52,910 nt of DNA, from assembly GCA_046732795.1 (NCBI GenBank), contig JBKPNV010000024.1, positions 1-52,910 of the forward strand, given 5' to 3'. The notes below the pieces were generated by a model. The model saw only the letters and a program-made list of their open reading frames with translations, made no database searches and had not been told where the DNA came from. This document shows, piece after piece, positions 1-10,050 of the stretch (position 1 is the first letter of the stretch; every line of letters starts with the position of its first letter). The stretch is from Acidobacteriota bacterium. Lineage in GTDB: Bacteria > Acidobacteriota > Vicinamibacteria > Vicinamibacterales > UBA2999. The position numbers were made by a program, and so were the translations under genes.

Positions 1-10
1 AGCGAGTCAG

Positions 11-16
11 TATAAT
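11..16 (+). promoter_or_regulatory. -10 element TATAAT
   Basis: Perfect TATAAT, 8 nt upstream of ATG25. The -35 would lie outside the window. Confidence 0.5.
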
Positions 17-38
17 TCGCGCCCATGCCGCCTGCTAA

Positions 39-1385
39 GTGGCGCATGCGACGAAGGTGTCCTTCGTCCTCTCCCATGGCACGCCCTCTCGCATAGTGAC
101 ACTAGCCGGGCTTTGGTTCTTTTTGGCGGGACTGTTCTTCATGATCACCGGCGACGGTCCGTCGACGTCCGTCACCGCGTCGAGATGGCCCACGCCGTTT
201 CCCTTCCTGTCGTGGACCTGGCTGTACCTGGTGCTCCTTGCCGCGGGAGCCGCCTGCACGATCGCTGGCGGCGGCGTGAAGTCATGGCGCCTTCCCCATC
301 TTCGCTTTATCGTCACACCGCTAGCGGTGCTGCTCGGCGCATTTTTCCTCTCGACGATCACGTCTGAGATCCACACGCTGAGCGCGAGCGCCTTTATCGC
401 AGTGCTCGGCATCGTCGGCGCCTGCTGGATCTTTGCGCTGCTTCTCGAGGACGACCGCGTGTCACGCGCCATCTGGCCGGTCATGGCGGTGGCGGTATTG
501 CTGCTGGCCGTGCGCGTCATCCTCTGGCGGCGTGACGAAGGTCTGAACGTCGTCGCGTTTCAGGTCGTCAACAACGCCTGGATTGGCAAGCTTCAGCTGG
601 CGTGGATCTTCAACTTGCTGGCTCCGCTCCTGCTCGTCCGCGCGTTGGGTGAGCCGCGGAAGCTGCCGGCTGCCCTTTATGGAATCACATGGGCCATCAC
701 TGGTATCGCCACGTTTCTCCTTTTCTCCAGGATGGGAACGATTGCCTTTGCCCTGGCGACGGTCGGGGTATGGATCTTCAATCCCGCACATTGGCGCAAG
801 GGGCTCCTGGTCCTGACGGTGGGTGCCGCCATCGCAGCCGGAGTAGCCGCTCGCAGTGACCGGATGACTCGTTACGTGATCTCCACGATTCTCGAACCCG
901 ACCGCAACCCAGGTATCGGAATGCGGCTCAATGCATGGCGCGATGCGGTCCATCTCTTTCGTTCGCGGCCGATCACCGGCACCGGGCTCGGCACGTACGA
1001 TGAGGTGACATACAGGCTCGAGAGCACCGCCGCTGACCCCTACTTTCGGCAACAAGGCTGGCACGCGCACAACGTGTATCTGCACGTGCTGGCTGAAACG
1101 GGGATTCTCGGGTTGTTGGCCTGGAGCTACTTTTGGTGGGCGATCATCGGCAGACTCGTGCGTGCCTGGAAACGCGGCGGCGCGCGCGAGCGACTGCCGG
1201 TTGCTGGTGCGCTCTGGGCCGTTGTCGCCTTTCTGGTGTTGTCGATCAGCGAGGTCCTGATCGGCGCCCGCGTTCACGCCAGCCTTCGCATGAACCTCGC
1301 AATCGGTCTGGTCACCGTGTGGGGACTCGCGCTCGCCTCGCGGGCCGTCCCATCGGCGCCACCGATGTCGTCCTTTAGGCCTTGA
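39..1385 (+). CDS. O-antigen ligase (Wzy_C/WaaL-like) family membrane protein
   Basis: Many TM segments; R..AWRDA..LF..RPITGTGLGTY and HAHNVYLHVLAETG..G motifs. Start uncertain (GTG39 or GTG96). Confidence 0.8.
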   Translation: MAHATKVSFVLSHGTPSRIVTLAGLWFFLAGLFFMITGDGPSTSVTASRWPTPFPFLSWTWLYLVLLAAGAACTIAGGGVKSWRLPHLRFIVTPLAVLLGAFFLSTITSEIHTLSASAFIAVLGIVGACWIFALLLEDDRVSRAIWPVMAVAVLLLAVRVILWRRDEGLNVVAFQVVNNAWIGKLQLAWIFNLLAPLLLVRALGEPRKLPAALYGITWAITGIATFLLFSRMGTIAFALATVGVWIFNPAHWRKGLLVLTVGAAIAAGVAARSDRMTRYVISTILEPDRNPGIGMRLNAWRDAVHLFRSRPITGTGLGTYDEVTYRLESTAADPYFRQQGWHAHNVYLHVLAETGILGLLAWSYFWWAIIGRLVRAWKRGGARERLPVAGALWAVVAFLVLSISEVLIGARVHASLRMNLAIGLVTVWGLALASRAVPSAPPMSSFRP

Positions 1386-1389
1386 GTCT

Positions 1390-1454
1390 CTGGTCCGTCC
1401 TGTAGTCCAGAGTCACGTCGCATGATGGGGACCATGGACCAAGAACGGACCAGG
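1390..1454. repeat. Palindromic GGACC-rich intergenic repeat, family A copy 1
   Basis: CTGGTCCGT(1390-1398) pairs with ACGGACCAG(1445-1453). Core GGACCATGGACCAAGAACGGACCAGG is nearly identical to 49086-49113. Confidence 0.7.
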
Positions 1455-1556
1455 CGGGAAGCGATACGGACAAAGGACCGGGCTACGCATCAACGAAAAC
1501 TGCTATAGGATCTCGGGACCGCGCAGGTCGAGCCTGCGCGGCGTAGTGGAGGATCC

Positions 1557-2228
1557 ATGCGGAAGTGGCTCGCCTCGGTTGTCATTCTCGCCTTGTCGTT
1601 CGTGGCGATTGGTCAGGCTCAGCGGGGTCGCGGTGCCGGAGGAGCACCGCCGCCACCCAGACCGATCGCTGGTAACGGCGTCGAGGTACCGGGATGGTGG
1701 GCTCGAGTCGACGATATCAAGGAGCCCTCGACTGGATTGAAATTCAGCCCGATGAACGGTGGGCTGCACGCGACGACGGGTCCCAACATCATCTTCTGGG
1801 ATCCGCAGCAGATGGCATCGGGCAACTACACAGTGAAGGCGACGTTCACAGTGACCAAGCCGCCTAGCCACCCGGTTGCGTACGGGCTATTCATCGGCGG
1901 CACGAACCTCGATCAGGACACTCAGAAGTACAGCTACTTCGTGATCCGGGAGGACGCTCAATTCCTGATCAAAAAACGCGACGGCACCGGAACGAGCAAC
2001 GTCGCCGGTGACTGGGCCGCGAATCCTGCGGTCGCGGGTCGTGTGGGCGGTGTGCAGAAAAACGAGCTATCGATTCAAGTGGCCAATGGGCGCGTCAGCT
2101 TCATGGCGAATGGGAAAGAAGTCGCCAGTCATCCTGCGAGCGCGATCGATACGGATGGCGTCTACGGCCTTCGCATCGGCCACGGTATGGATATCCAGAT
2201 CGACGGGTTTGGTGTCACCACGCAATAA
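1557..2228 (+). CDS. Exported beta-sandwich hypothetical protein (DUF1080/concanavalin-like)
   Basis: GGAGG RBS, signal peptide, Gly/Pro linker, alternating beta-strand pattern (YTVKATF, NELSIQV, VSFMANG, YGLRIGH). Fold is inference. Confidence 0.6.
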   Translation: MRKWLASVVILALSFVAIGQAQRGRGAGGAPPPPRPIAGNGVEVPGWWARVDDIKEPSTGLKFSPMNGGLHATTGPNIIFWDPQQMASGNYTVKATFTVTKPPSHPVAYGLFIGGTNLDQDTQKYSYFVIREDAQFLIKKRDGTGTSNVAGDWAANPAVAGRVGGVQKNELSIQVANGRVSFMANGKEVASHPASAIDTDGVYGLRIGHGMDIQIDGFGVTTQ

Positions 2229-2230
2229 AC

Positions 2231-2279
2231 GACACCGGGTGTGATTTCCTCATAAGACGCATGAAATCACACCCGGTGC
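2231..2279. repeat. Palindromic repeat family B copy 1, possible terminator between convergent genes
   Basis: Perfect 16-bp IR CACCGGGTGTGATTTC / GAAATCACACCCGGTG. First 19 nt are identical to 21264-21282. Confidence 0.8.
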
Positions 2280-2290
2280 CTTATCGGGAA

Positions 2291-3640
2291 CTACTGCAGA
2301 GAACTCCGCGCCGGTTGCCCCTCGACGGTGTACGTGAAGAAGCCGATCATCATCTCCTCCCACGTCTGATCGCCCCAGCGCACCACCTTCGTCGGATCCG
2401 GGTTGCTTCGATTCGCAGTGGAGTTGTCGAAGTGCGCGCGGACGTGTAGCTTCGAGCCCTTCGGTAGCGTGAGCGGTTCCGCCAACCAGTAGTCGGTCTG
2501 CCAGCCGAAGTCAAACTTCGGAACCCGCAGCACGACTTCGTTGCGACCATCAGGGTAGATGGCGGTGTAGGTCATGTCCTTGCCGCGGAGATGCATGTGC
2601 GGATGCATCGTCCAGATTCTGACGTCCTCGCCGAAACTCGCCTCCGCCTCGACCTCGTGGTTGGCAGCGCCCGCGGGAATCGCAAACACGGGGTTGGCGA
2701 TTATGCCGGTGCGAATCTCCTGGCGAGGCGGTTCTTTCGCGAAGATCAGGCCGATGCGCGAACGATCGACACCCGGCTTGCCGTTCGTCGTGTAATGCAC
2801 TTGAAAGATCAACGTCGAGCCGGCAGGGATCCGTTTCGCAGTACCGGCCAGATAAACCGGAGCGTCCTCGCCGACGGCCCAATTCACCAGCATGGCATCG
2901 CCACCACCGGGCGCCGCCGAGCGTGCCGATGCGTCCGTGGTTGCCGGCTCGCGCGCCGGCGGCGGCACAGGTGGGGCCACGCCGGCGGGCAGAATCGGCC
3001 TGATCCTGACAACGCTCGGGCGAGCACTCGGCTTTGGTTCCCTCACGTAAACGATGATGTGATGGACGTGAGCGCGATCACCCGCGCGGACCTCACCCGC
3101 CTGCATCCACCGATCCTCGGTGAAGTTGGTCGGGACCTCGAAGTACTGATAGTCGATCGTCCCGGTCGCGGGTATCTGATAGTCGGCCTGCATCTCGAAC
3201 ACGCGATCGGGCGTGCCAATCTGCCAGCCCTCAGGGAACTTCGGCAGTGCGGGAAGATCGGATGGATTGCCTTCGCTCGCGCCGCCAGCCACCCAGCTCG
3301 CAATGGTGTCGATCTCTCTCTGCGTGAGGCTGAGATCGTTGCGGAAGGATCCGTATTGTCTGTCGGCGTGCCACGGCGGCATGACCCGCGTCGTCACCTT
3401 CTCGCGGATCGCGCTCGCCCATGGCCGTGCATCGCGGTACGTGATGAGCGACATCGGCGCGACTTCGCCAGGACGATGGCAGCCGACGCACTTGTTATAG
3501 AAGATGGGCGCGATGTCCCGGCTGAACGTCGGCGATGCGGCGCTCTGTGCGGCCACACCGCCGCTGAGCGCCAGCGCCCCCGCGCCCGAGAGAGCAACTG
3601 CCACGAGGAACACAACCTGGCGAAGGCTGTCAGGTCTCAT
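2291..3640 (-). CDS. Exported heme c + copper type II (PHM/DBH-like) monooxygenase-family protein
   Basis: Signal peptide; CVGCH and MPPW; HVHH, QVHY, HPHMH, EEMM match the CuH/CuM ligand order. ATG3640 lies 4 nt after the upstream stop. Confidence 0.75.
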   Translation of the reverse strand: MRPDSLRQVVFLVAVALSGAGALALSGGVAAQSAASPTFSRDIAPIFYNKCVGCHRPGEVAPMSLITYRDARPWASAIREKVTTRVMPPWHADRQYGSFRNDLSLTQREIDTIASWVAGGASEGNPSDLPALPKFPEGWQIGTPDRVFEMQADYQIPATGTIDYQYFEVPTNFTEDRWMQAGEVRAGDRAHVHHIIVYVREPKPSARPSVVRIRPILPAGVAPPVPPPAREPATTDASARSAAPGGGDAMLVNWAVGEDAPVYLAGTAKRIPAGSTLIFQVHYTTNGKPGVDRSRIGLIFAKEPPRQEIRTGIIANPVFAIPAGAANHEVEAEASFGEDVRIWTMHPHMHLRGKDMTYTAIYPDGRNEVVLRVPKFDFGWQTDYWLAEPLTLPKGSKLHVRAHFDNSTANRSNPDPTKVVRWGDQTWEEMMIGFFTYTVEGQPARSSLQ

Positions 3641-3644
3641 CGAT

Positions 3645-5507
3645 CTACTCCGGGCCGAAGGCCAGTAACACGTTTCCGGGTCTGCTGCCAAACGCCCCGT
3701 ATCCCGAGTTGACGAACACCATACCACCGGCGACGACGGCACCAGGGCCGATCATCGAGGCACCTCTCGCTGGCACCCCGTTGACCGTGGTGAATTCGCG
3801 ATTGCTGTCGAATTCCCACAGCACTTCGCCGGTTGAGGTCGAATACGCCCGCAAGGAGCCATCGTTGGATCCCGAGAATACGGCGCCGGCGATGGCGGTC
3901 ACGGCCGCCGACTGTGCGCCATTGCACCCGGGCACGGAACCGCAGGTCGGTGCAGGTGGCGGTGTAAACCAGGCGCGCGTCCCGGTCGTGAGATTGACGG
4001 CGTGAAGACCTCCCGGCTGCTTGGTCTGGATGTCCGACACCGCGAAGTAGGCGTGCTCGCCATCAGTCGCCGCGCCCCACTCGATTCCACCAAGCGCGCT
4101 GCCCAGCCCGGCGCGATACTGCCAGAGGATCTCCCCGTTCTTCTCGGGGTCCATCGCGAACGCCACACCCGACTTCTGTCCAATCACAATCACGTCCCGG
4201 CCACCAGCGCGCGCAAGCACCGGCGGACTCCCGAAGTCGAAATCGGGACCGACTGATTCGGGGCAATTGGGATTGCCTGCCCGACAGCTGGAGATGTACA
4301 CATCGTTCGCTGTGACCTGCCGCGTCCAGCGAATCGCGCCCGTCGCAAGATCCAATGCGACGACGGCGTCGCTCGAAGACGTGGCCGGTGCACTGTAGGC
4401 GTTCCCGGTCGCCACATAGAGGAGACGACGATTCGCATCGATGGTCGGCGCCGACCAGACGCCCGCGCCTGACGGCCCCCACAACGGAACCCCGGCACCA
4501 CTCGTGCCTCGCCGCTGCGGCGTCTCCGGGATCATGTATGTCTTCCACTCGACGGCACCCGACTCGGCATCGAGCGCAGAAATGCTTCCGCGGAACGAAC
4601 AGCACGGGTACTGCGGATCGGCGCCCTGGGCCTCTTCATAGGAAGACACAGGCACGTAGAGCCGGCCCTCGAAGAACGTCGGTGACCCGGTAATGCGAGC
4701 CGACGGGTGATCGTCGACGCGACGCACCCAGAGCCGGCGGCCGGTCTCCGCATCGAGGGCGTACGCGTTCGCCGCTGTGTCGGCGAAGTACACGACCAGG
4801 CGCGAGCCGCCCGCGGGCGCTACGGCGAGCGCGGTGCGGACACCTCCTGACGCGCTGAAGGTCCAACGGACGCACCCTGTCTTCGCGTCGAGCGAATAGA
4901 CGGTGCCGTTCTGACTGCCGATGAACAACCGGCCCGCGGCCACAGTCGGATGGGACCACGCGACCGATGCATCGGGAAAACCGAAGGCCCACTTCAGTCT
5001 CAATCGCTGCAGATCGGCTGGCGTCAGTCCCGCGCCGTCTGCCGGCTGAAAGCGCGTGTTCGTGGTCGAGGGGCTCCATCCAGTCCATTGCGGCGTTTTC
5101 GCAAAGTCCTCGAGAGGCTCCGGCGTGCTGCAACGTCCGGTCTGCGCTCCAGTGACGTCGCCGGCAATCGCCTTCCCGGTGATGAACTCGGCCACCGCGC
5201 GACGTTCGGCCCCGCTGAGGCGCGAGCCTTGCGGGCGCATCGCGCCAGTCAGCAGACTGTCGATGATGGATTGGGGAGTGCGGGGACGGAGTGTGTCGAG
5301 ACTTGGGGCCCGCGAGTCCGTTGCTCCCGTGTGACAGGTCGCGCAGGACGATTGAAATACCCGGGCGCCATCGGGCGATTGCGCCAACGCAACTGACGCA
5401 CACGCCAGAACTGCACCGCATACAAGAACCGGTCGCAGCAAGGCCGGTGCGGGCGCGACGAAGCCTTTCGCCACACCGCGCCGACCGCGAACGGTGCGCC
5501 TCGTCAT
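3645..5507 (-). CDS. Quinohemoprotein, polyvinyl-alcohol dehydrogenase-like (N-terminal cytochrome c + PQQ propeller)
   Basis: Signal peptide, CATCH, L.LKWAFGFP, CCSFRG, GPSGAGVWS, PDFDFG, A.D..TG..W Trp-docking repeats, GNVLLAF C-terminus. Confidence 0.85.
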   Translation of the reverse strand: MTRRTVRGRRGVAKGFVAPAPALLRPVLVCGAVLACASVALAQSPDGARVFQSSCATCHTGATDSRAPSLDTLRPRTPQSIIDSLLTGAMRPQGSRLSGAERRAVAEFITGKAIAGDVTGAQTGRCSTPEPLEDFAKTPQWTGWSPSTTNTRFQPADGAGLTPADLQRLRLKWAFGFPDASVAWSHPTVAAGRLFIGSQNGTVYSLDAKTGCVRWTFSASGGVRTALAVAPAGGSRLVVYFADTAANAYALDAETGRRLWVRRVDDHPSARITGSPTFFEGRLYVPVSSYEEAQGADPQYPCCSFRGSISALDAESGAVEWKTYMIPETPQRRGTSGAGVPLWGPSGAGVWSAPTIDANRRLLYVATGNAYSAPATSSSDAVVALDLATGAIRWTRQVTANDVYISSCRAGNPNCPESVGPDFDFGSPPVLARAGGRDVIVIGQKSGVAFAMDPEKNGEILWQYRAGLGSALGGIEWGAATDGEHAYFAVSDIQTKQPGGLHAVNLTTGTRAWFTPPPAPTCGSVPGCNGAQSAAVTAIAGAVFSGSNDGSLRAYSTSTGEVLWEFDSNREFTTVNGVPARGASMIGPGAVVAGGMVFVNSGYGAFGSRPGNVLLAFGPE

Positions 5508-5514
5508 CTGGCGA

Positions 5515-5523
5515 AGTCTACCA
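5515..5523 (-). promoter_or_regulatory. Extended -10 promoter (TGG-TAGACT), probably leaderless
   Basis: TAGACT ends 7 nt before ATG5507; no SD sequence. Confidence 0.55.
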
Positions 5524-5577
5524 CCGCGTCAGGGCGGTCATCTCGGCAACGTCGATCAAGTTTGATGCAATCGGGTG

Positions 5578-5943
5578 TCAGACGCCGGTGATTGGACCAA
5601 AGCTTCGAATCGCCGCCTCCTCGTCATGGAAAATCTCGAACACCGTCGTCAGCTTGGTGATGTCCATCAGGTGGTCGGTGCGCTCGGTCGGGTGCAGGAT
5701 CTTGAGCACGCCACCTCCCCGCCTTGTAGTGAGGTATTTACTGACCAACATTCCGATTCCGGCGCTATCGAGTCGTATCACTTCCTTCATGTCGAGCACC
5801 AGCTTGACGCGGCCGGCTTCGACAAGACCGTTCACGGCGTCGCGCAGGATGACGTCGCCGTCCTCGAGCTCGAGCCGGCCAATCAATTGGAGAATCGTGA
5901 CGTCGCCGATTCGACGTTCAACTATCCGCATTCGCGTGCCCAC
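5578..5943 (-). CDS. STAS-domain anti-sigma-factor antagonist (RsbV/SpoIIAA-like)
   Basis: LVLDMKEV..LDSAGIG.LV with the phospho-Ser; ITKL..VFEIF..EE.A C-terminus. Confidence 0.9.
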   Translation of the reverse strand: MGTRMRIVERRIGDVTILQLIGRLELEDGDVILRDAVNGLVEAGRVKLVLDMKEVIRLDSAGIGMLVSKYLTTRRGGGVLKILHPTERTDHLMDITKLTTVFEIFHDEEAAIRSFGPITGV

Positions 5944-6070
5944 GATTTACCCCCACACCTCGCTTGTGTCGGTGATTTCGCCCACGCTCGTCCTGAGTGA
6001 GACCGCCCGTGTATCACCGTGAGTGTGACCGAGGCCCTCCAATACAAGCGAGCGACTGTGTAATGCCCCC

Positions 6071-6934
6071 CTACTTGTCCCCTCCATCGTCCAGATACTT
6101 GATGAGCAACACCTCGTTGCGCGCTTCGTTGTAGATCAGATCGTCTACCAGCGAGAGCGTCATGGCCAGCCCGAACCCGCCGGGGCGAAGTCCCTGCGCC
6201 TCTCGCACAGACAGATGGTGCATCGGGTCGTCGTCGGGGTTCATGATTGCTGCGTGACGCAGCTTGTCGATGTCGAATCCCTCGCCCGGATCGGCGATTC
6301 GGTACAACAGCATCCGCGGCGTCCGCACGCACGCGATGCGCACCGTGCGATTGGGATCGAGCTTGCCACCCCACTCGATTGCGTTGGTCAACAACTCTCT
6401 GAACGCCTGCGCCACCGCCTCGCGAACAGCCTCCGAGAGATCGGCTTCCAGTTGCATGACGAACGACTGGATGCGTTCGGCCACCTCGAGGGTGCACGGC
6501 GCCACAAGCTCGAGCCACTCGGCCTTGGCGGAGATCACCTCGATCGACAAGGCTGACGTGGGTGGCGCCGCCTCGTTGACGACTTCCACGATCGCGTTTG
6601 GCGGGAACGGCTTTCGCAGGTAGCGGTAGGCCTGACGGCGAACGGCTTCGAGCAGCGTCGCCGAAGTGTCGTCGGCGGTCATGACGATGACCAGGGGCGG
6701 CGACGGCAGTTCGCGGACGCGTGCGAGTACGTCGAGTCCGCTCATACTGGGAAGCCCGATGTCGAGCAGAACCAGATCGAACGAGGAGCCCTGGCCCAAC
6801 ATTTCGAGCGCTTCGGGGCCGTCGCCAGCCGACTCGACCCGATGACCGGCCGCCTGGAGCAGTGCCGACAGGACGTGCCGGAGTCCGCGATCGTCGTCGA
6901 CGAGGAGAATGCTGTGATGTCTGGGCTGGGCCAT
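6071..6934 (-). CDS. Receiver domain fused to RsbW-like (HATPase_c_2) Ser kinase/anti-sigma domain
   Basis: ILLVDDD, LLDIGLP, MTA, KPF; then ELLTNAIE.G, IADPGEGFD, GGFGL, YNE..NE. Start taken at ATG6934. Confidence 0.85.
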   Translation of the reverse strand: MAQPRHHSILLVDDDRGLRHVLSALLQAAGHRVESAGDGPEALEMLGQGSSFDLVLLDIGLPSMSGLDVLARVRELPSPPLVIVMTADDTSATLLEAVRRQAYRYLRKPFPPNAIVEVVNEAAPPTSALSIEVISAKAEWLELVAPCTLEVAERIQSFVMQLEADLSEAVREAVAQAFRELLTNAIEWGGKLDPNRTVRIACVRTPRMLLYRIADPGEGFDIDKLRHAAIMNPDDDPMHHLSVREAQGLRPGGFGLAMTLSLVDDLIYNEARNEVLLIKYLDDGGDK

Positions 6935-7139
6935 CGCGAGTCTCTCGCTCGGAATCCGCGATCCAGTAGTGTAATGCTGGCTGCGTTGGACCGCTATGCG
7001 GCTCGTTGAGTAAATCGTCTGCTCTTTAGTGAGCCGCGCGGCGGTCCGCAAGCGCCCGGAGCGCGCCAAATGATACTGGCGATCAGCCACGAATCCGTCG
7101 GGAACAGCGGATTGTCTGGCTGGCACGTGAGGTGAACTG

Positions 7140-10016
7140 ATGGACGAGCGCCCGGTTCAGAACGGCGAAAGCGGCTCCGGCCAACCGCACCAACGTGTGC
7201 TGTTCGAGACGGCCCAGGCGCTCGCCGAATCGGCGACGCTCGAAGAAGCGGTCCCGCGCATGCTCAAGTCGGTTTGCGAGGCGCTCGACTGGCAATGCGG
7301 CGCCATCTGGCAGGTCAACCGCGCGCGCAAAATCCTCCGCTGCATTGGTACGTGGGGAACCCCGGGGCTACCGCTCGACGAGTTCATCACCCTCACCCTG
7401 GCCCAGTCGTTTGAGATTGGCGCCGGGCTGCCGGGACGAGTCTGGGAGCGTCGAGAGCCACTCTGGGTCCGCGACGTGACGCGCGACGAGAATTTCCCGC
7501 GTGCCAGGGTCGCTGACGGGGCGGGGCTTCACTCCGCCTTCGCGCTGCCCATTCTGCAGGGCCGGCGGGTGGGCGGGGTCATGGAGTTCTTCTCCCGGGA
7601 CATGTTCGAGCCGGGGCCGGAATTGCTCACGACCATCACGACGGTGTGCAGGCAAATCAGCCTGTACGTCGAGCGGAAATGGGCGGGAGAGGATCTCGAT
7701 CGGTTCTTTCAACTGTCGCTCGACATGTTCTGTATTGCGACCTTCGACGGCTATTTCGTCCGGGTGAATCCGGCCTGGCAGACGGTGCTCGGCTTCTCCG
7801 AGGAGGAGATGCGTACGTCGCCATTCATGGAGTTCGTGCACCCCGACGATCGGGAGGCGACGACGCAGGCGATGTCGGCGGCGACCGCGGGCGAGCGCGT
7901 CATCGATTTCGAGAACCGCTACCGCGCGAAGGACGGATCCTACAAGCGGCTGCAATGGATGTCCGCACCGTTCGTTCACCAGGGACTGATCTACGCCGTC
8001 GCTCGCGATGTGACGGACCGCCGAGCGGCCGAGGAGGCGCTGCAGCAGAACGCGGAGCGTCTCTCACAGCTGGTCAAGGAGCTCGAGGTGGCACGGCACC
8101 GCGCCGAGCAGGCGACGATGGCGAAAGGAGAATTCCTCGCCAACATGAGCCACGAGATCCGCACGCCGATGAACGCCATCATCGGCATGACCGATCTCAC
8201 GCTGCAGACCCGGCTCACACCGCAGCAACGCGAGTACGTCAAGACCGCGCGCGAATCGGCTGAATCGCTGATGACGATCATCGACGACATCCTGGACGTC
8301 TCGAAGATCGAGGCACGGCGGCTGACGCTCGATCGCACTCCCTTCCGCTTCCGCGATACGGTGGAAGACAGCGTGAAGCTGCTGGCGCCGCGCGCCGATC
8401 AGAAGGGTTTGGACCTGTCGTGCCGCATCGCGCCCGACGTACCCGACGCGCTCGTCGGCGATGGCGGACGGCTGCGGCAAATCATCCTCAACCTGGTGGG
8501 CAATGCGATCAAGTTCACCGACGAAGGCGAAGTCAGCGTGAACGTCACCGTTGACCAGCGTGGCGCCAACGACGTGCGCCTGCGCTTCACGGTGCGGGAT
8601 ACCGGCATCGGCATTCCCGAGGAGAAGCAGTGGGAGATCTTCGGCGCGTTCGTGCAGGCGGACGCCTCCACCACGCGGCGCTACGGCGGCACTGGCCTCG
8701 GGCTGACCATCTCGACGCAACTGGTGGAGATGATGGATGGGCGCATGTGGCTGGACAGCGAACCTGGCAAGGGCAGCCAGTTCCATTTCGTCGCGCGTTT
8801 CGAGATCGCCCGCGACGCCGTCGAGCCGATTTCGCCGACGGCGAACAACCTGCGCAATCTGCATGTGCTCGTCGTCGACGACAACGCGACCAACCGATTC
8901 ATCCTGTCGGAAATCCTGGCGAGCTGGCAGATGCGCGCCACTGCCGTCGACACGGCGACTGCCGCACTCGAATCGTTGCACCGGGCCGCGCAGCAGGGCG
9001 AGCCGTTTCACTTGCTGTTGACCGACGCCCTGATGCCCGACGTCGATGGATTCACTCTCGCGCAGCAGGTCGCTCGCGACGACCGGCTGGGCAAACCGAA
9101 GGTGATCCTCCTGACATCGGCGGGAGCATCCGCCCTGAAAGGACGGGGCGGTGCCTTCGCAGCCAAGTTGGCGAAACCGGTGAAACAGTCAGACTTGCTC
9201 GACGCCATCGTGACAGCATTTGCTACGCCGCAGCCGTCGCGGCGATCGCGAGCAAAGACGCAGCGACACGACTCACGCGCCACGCGGACACTGCGTGTGC
9301 TGGTGGCTGAAGACAATGCCACCAATCAGGCGCTGGTGTCGGCGCTGCTCAAGCAGAAGGGTCACCGCGTAACGATGGTCGGCAACGGGCGTCTGGCTGC
9401 CGACCGCGCAGTGCTCGAGTCGTTCGACGTCATCCTGATGGATGTGCAGATGCCGGAGATGGGCGGGCTCGAGGCGACGGCCCTGATTCGCGATCACGAA
9501 CGAACGGCCGGCGGGCACATACCGATCGTCGCATTGACGGCGCGCGCGATGGCCGGCGATCGTGAACAGTGCCTCGCTGCCGGGATGGATGCGTACGTCT
9601 CCAAACCGCTGCGGCCGGACGAACTGTTTTCCGCCATCGACTCCGTCGTGCGCGGGCAACTGGATACGACCGAGCTACCTGCTGCCGCAGGTTCGGTCGA
9701 TCGCCGGTCGCTGCTCACGGCTTTCGGCGGACGAATGGATCTCCTCAAGCATGTCGTCGACGTGTTCCTGGAGGACACGCCATCGATCCTGTCGCGCCTC
9801 AAACAGGCGCTCCAGGACAACAACGCCGCCGACGTGACCTCCGCTGCTCACGCGCTCAAAGGATCCATCGGACTCTTCTCACAGGGCGAGGCGTACGAAT
9901 GCGCGCGCCGGCTGGAGCAACTGGGACGAAGCGGTGATCTCACCGACGGCGAGTCCGTCCTCAAGGAACTTCTGGTGAGTGTGTCGAAACTGACGACCGA
10001 ACTCCGTGCCCTGTGA
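7140..10016 (+). CDS. Hybrid sensor histidine kinase GAF-PAS-HisKA-HATPase-REC-REC-HPt
   Basis: [45 protein letters not shown], two receivers, AHALKGS HPt. No TM segment, so cytoplasmic. Confidence 0.92.
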   Translation: MDERPVQNGESGSGQPHQRVLFETAQALAESATLEEAVPRMLKSVCEALDWQCGAIWQVNRARKILRCIGTWGTPGLPLDEFITLTLAQSFEIGAGLPGRVWERREPLWVRDVTRDENFPRARVADGAGLHSAFALPILQGRRVGGVMEFFSRDMFEPGPELLTTITTVCRQISLYVERKWAGEDLDRFFQLSLDMFCIATFDGYFVRVNPAWQTVLGFSEEEMRTSPFMEFVHPDDREATTQAMSAATAGERVIDFENRYRAKDGSYKRLQWMSAPFVHQGLIYAVARDVTDRRAAEEALQQNAERLSQLVKELEVARHRAEQATMAKGEFLANMSHEIRTPMNAIIGMTDLTLQTRLTPQQREYVKTARESAESLMTIIDDILDVSKIEARRLTLDRTPFRFRDTVEDSVKLLAPRADQKGLDLSCRIAPDVPDALVGDGGRLRQIILNLVGNAIKFTDEGEVSVNVTVDQRGANDVRLRFTVRDTGIGIPEEKQWEIFGAFVQADASTTRRYGGTGLGLTISTQLVEMMDGRMWLDSEPGKGSQFHFVARFEIARDAVEPISPTANNLRNLHVLVVDDNATNRFILSEILASWQMRATAVDTATAALESLHRAAQQGEPFHLLLTDALMPDVDGFTLAQQVARDDRLGKPKVILLTSAGASALKGRGGAFAAKLAKPVKQSDLLDAIVTAFATPQPSRRSRAKTQRHDSRATRTLRVLVAEDNATNQALVSALLKQKGHRVTMVGNGRLAADRAVLESFDVILMDVQMPEMGGLEATALIRDHERTAGGHIPIVALTARAMAGDREQCLAAGMDAYVSKPLRPDELFSAIDSVVRGQLDTTELPAAAGSVDRRSLLTAFGGRMDLLKHVVDVFLEDTPSILSRLKQALQDNNAADVTSAAHALKGSIGLFSQGEAYECARRLEQLGRSGDLTDGESVLKELLVSVSKLTTELRAL

Positions 10017-10050
10017 GGCAGCGGAGGCGCCGGAGAGAACGGCTAACCGA

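Noticed and set aside
7116-7136. TGGCAC sigma54-like site before the hybrid kinase
   Set aside because: The -12 is GA rather than GC, and it overlaps the RBS too close to the ATG.
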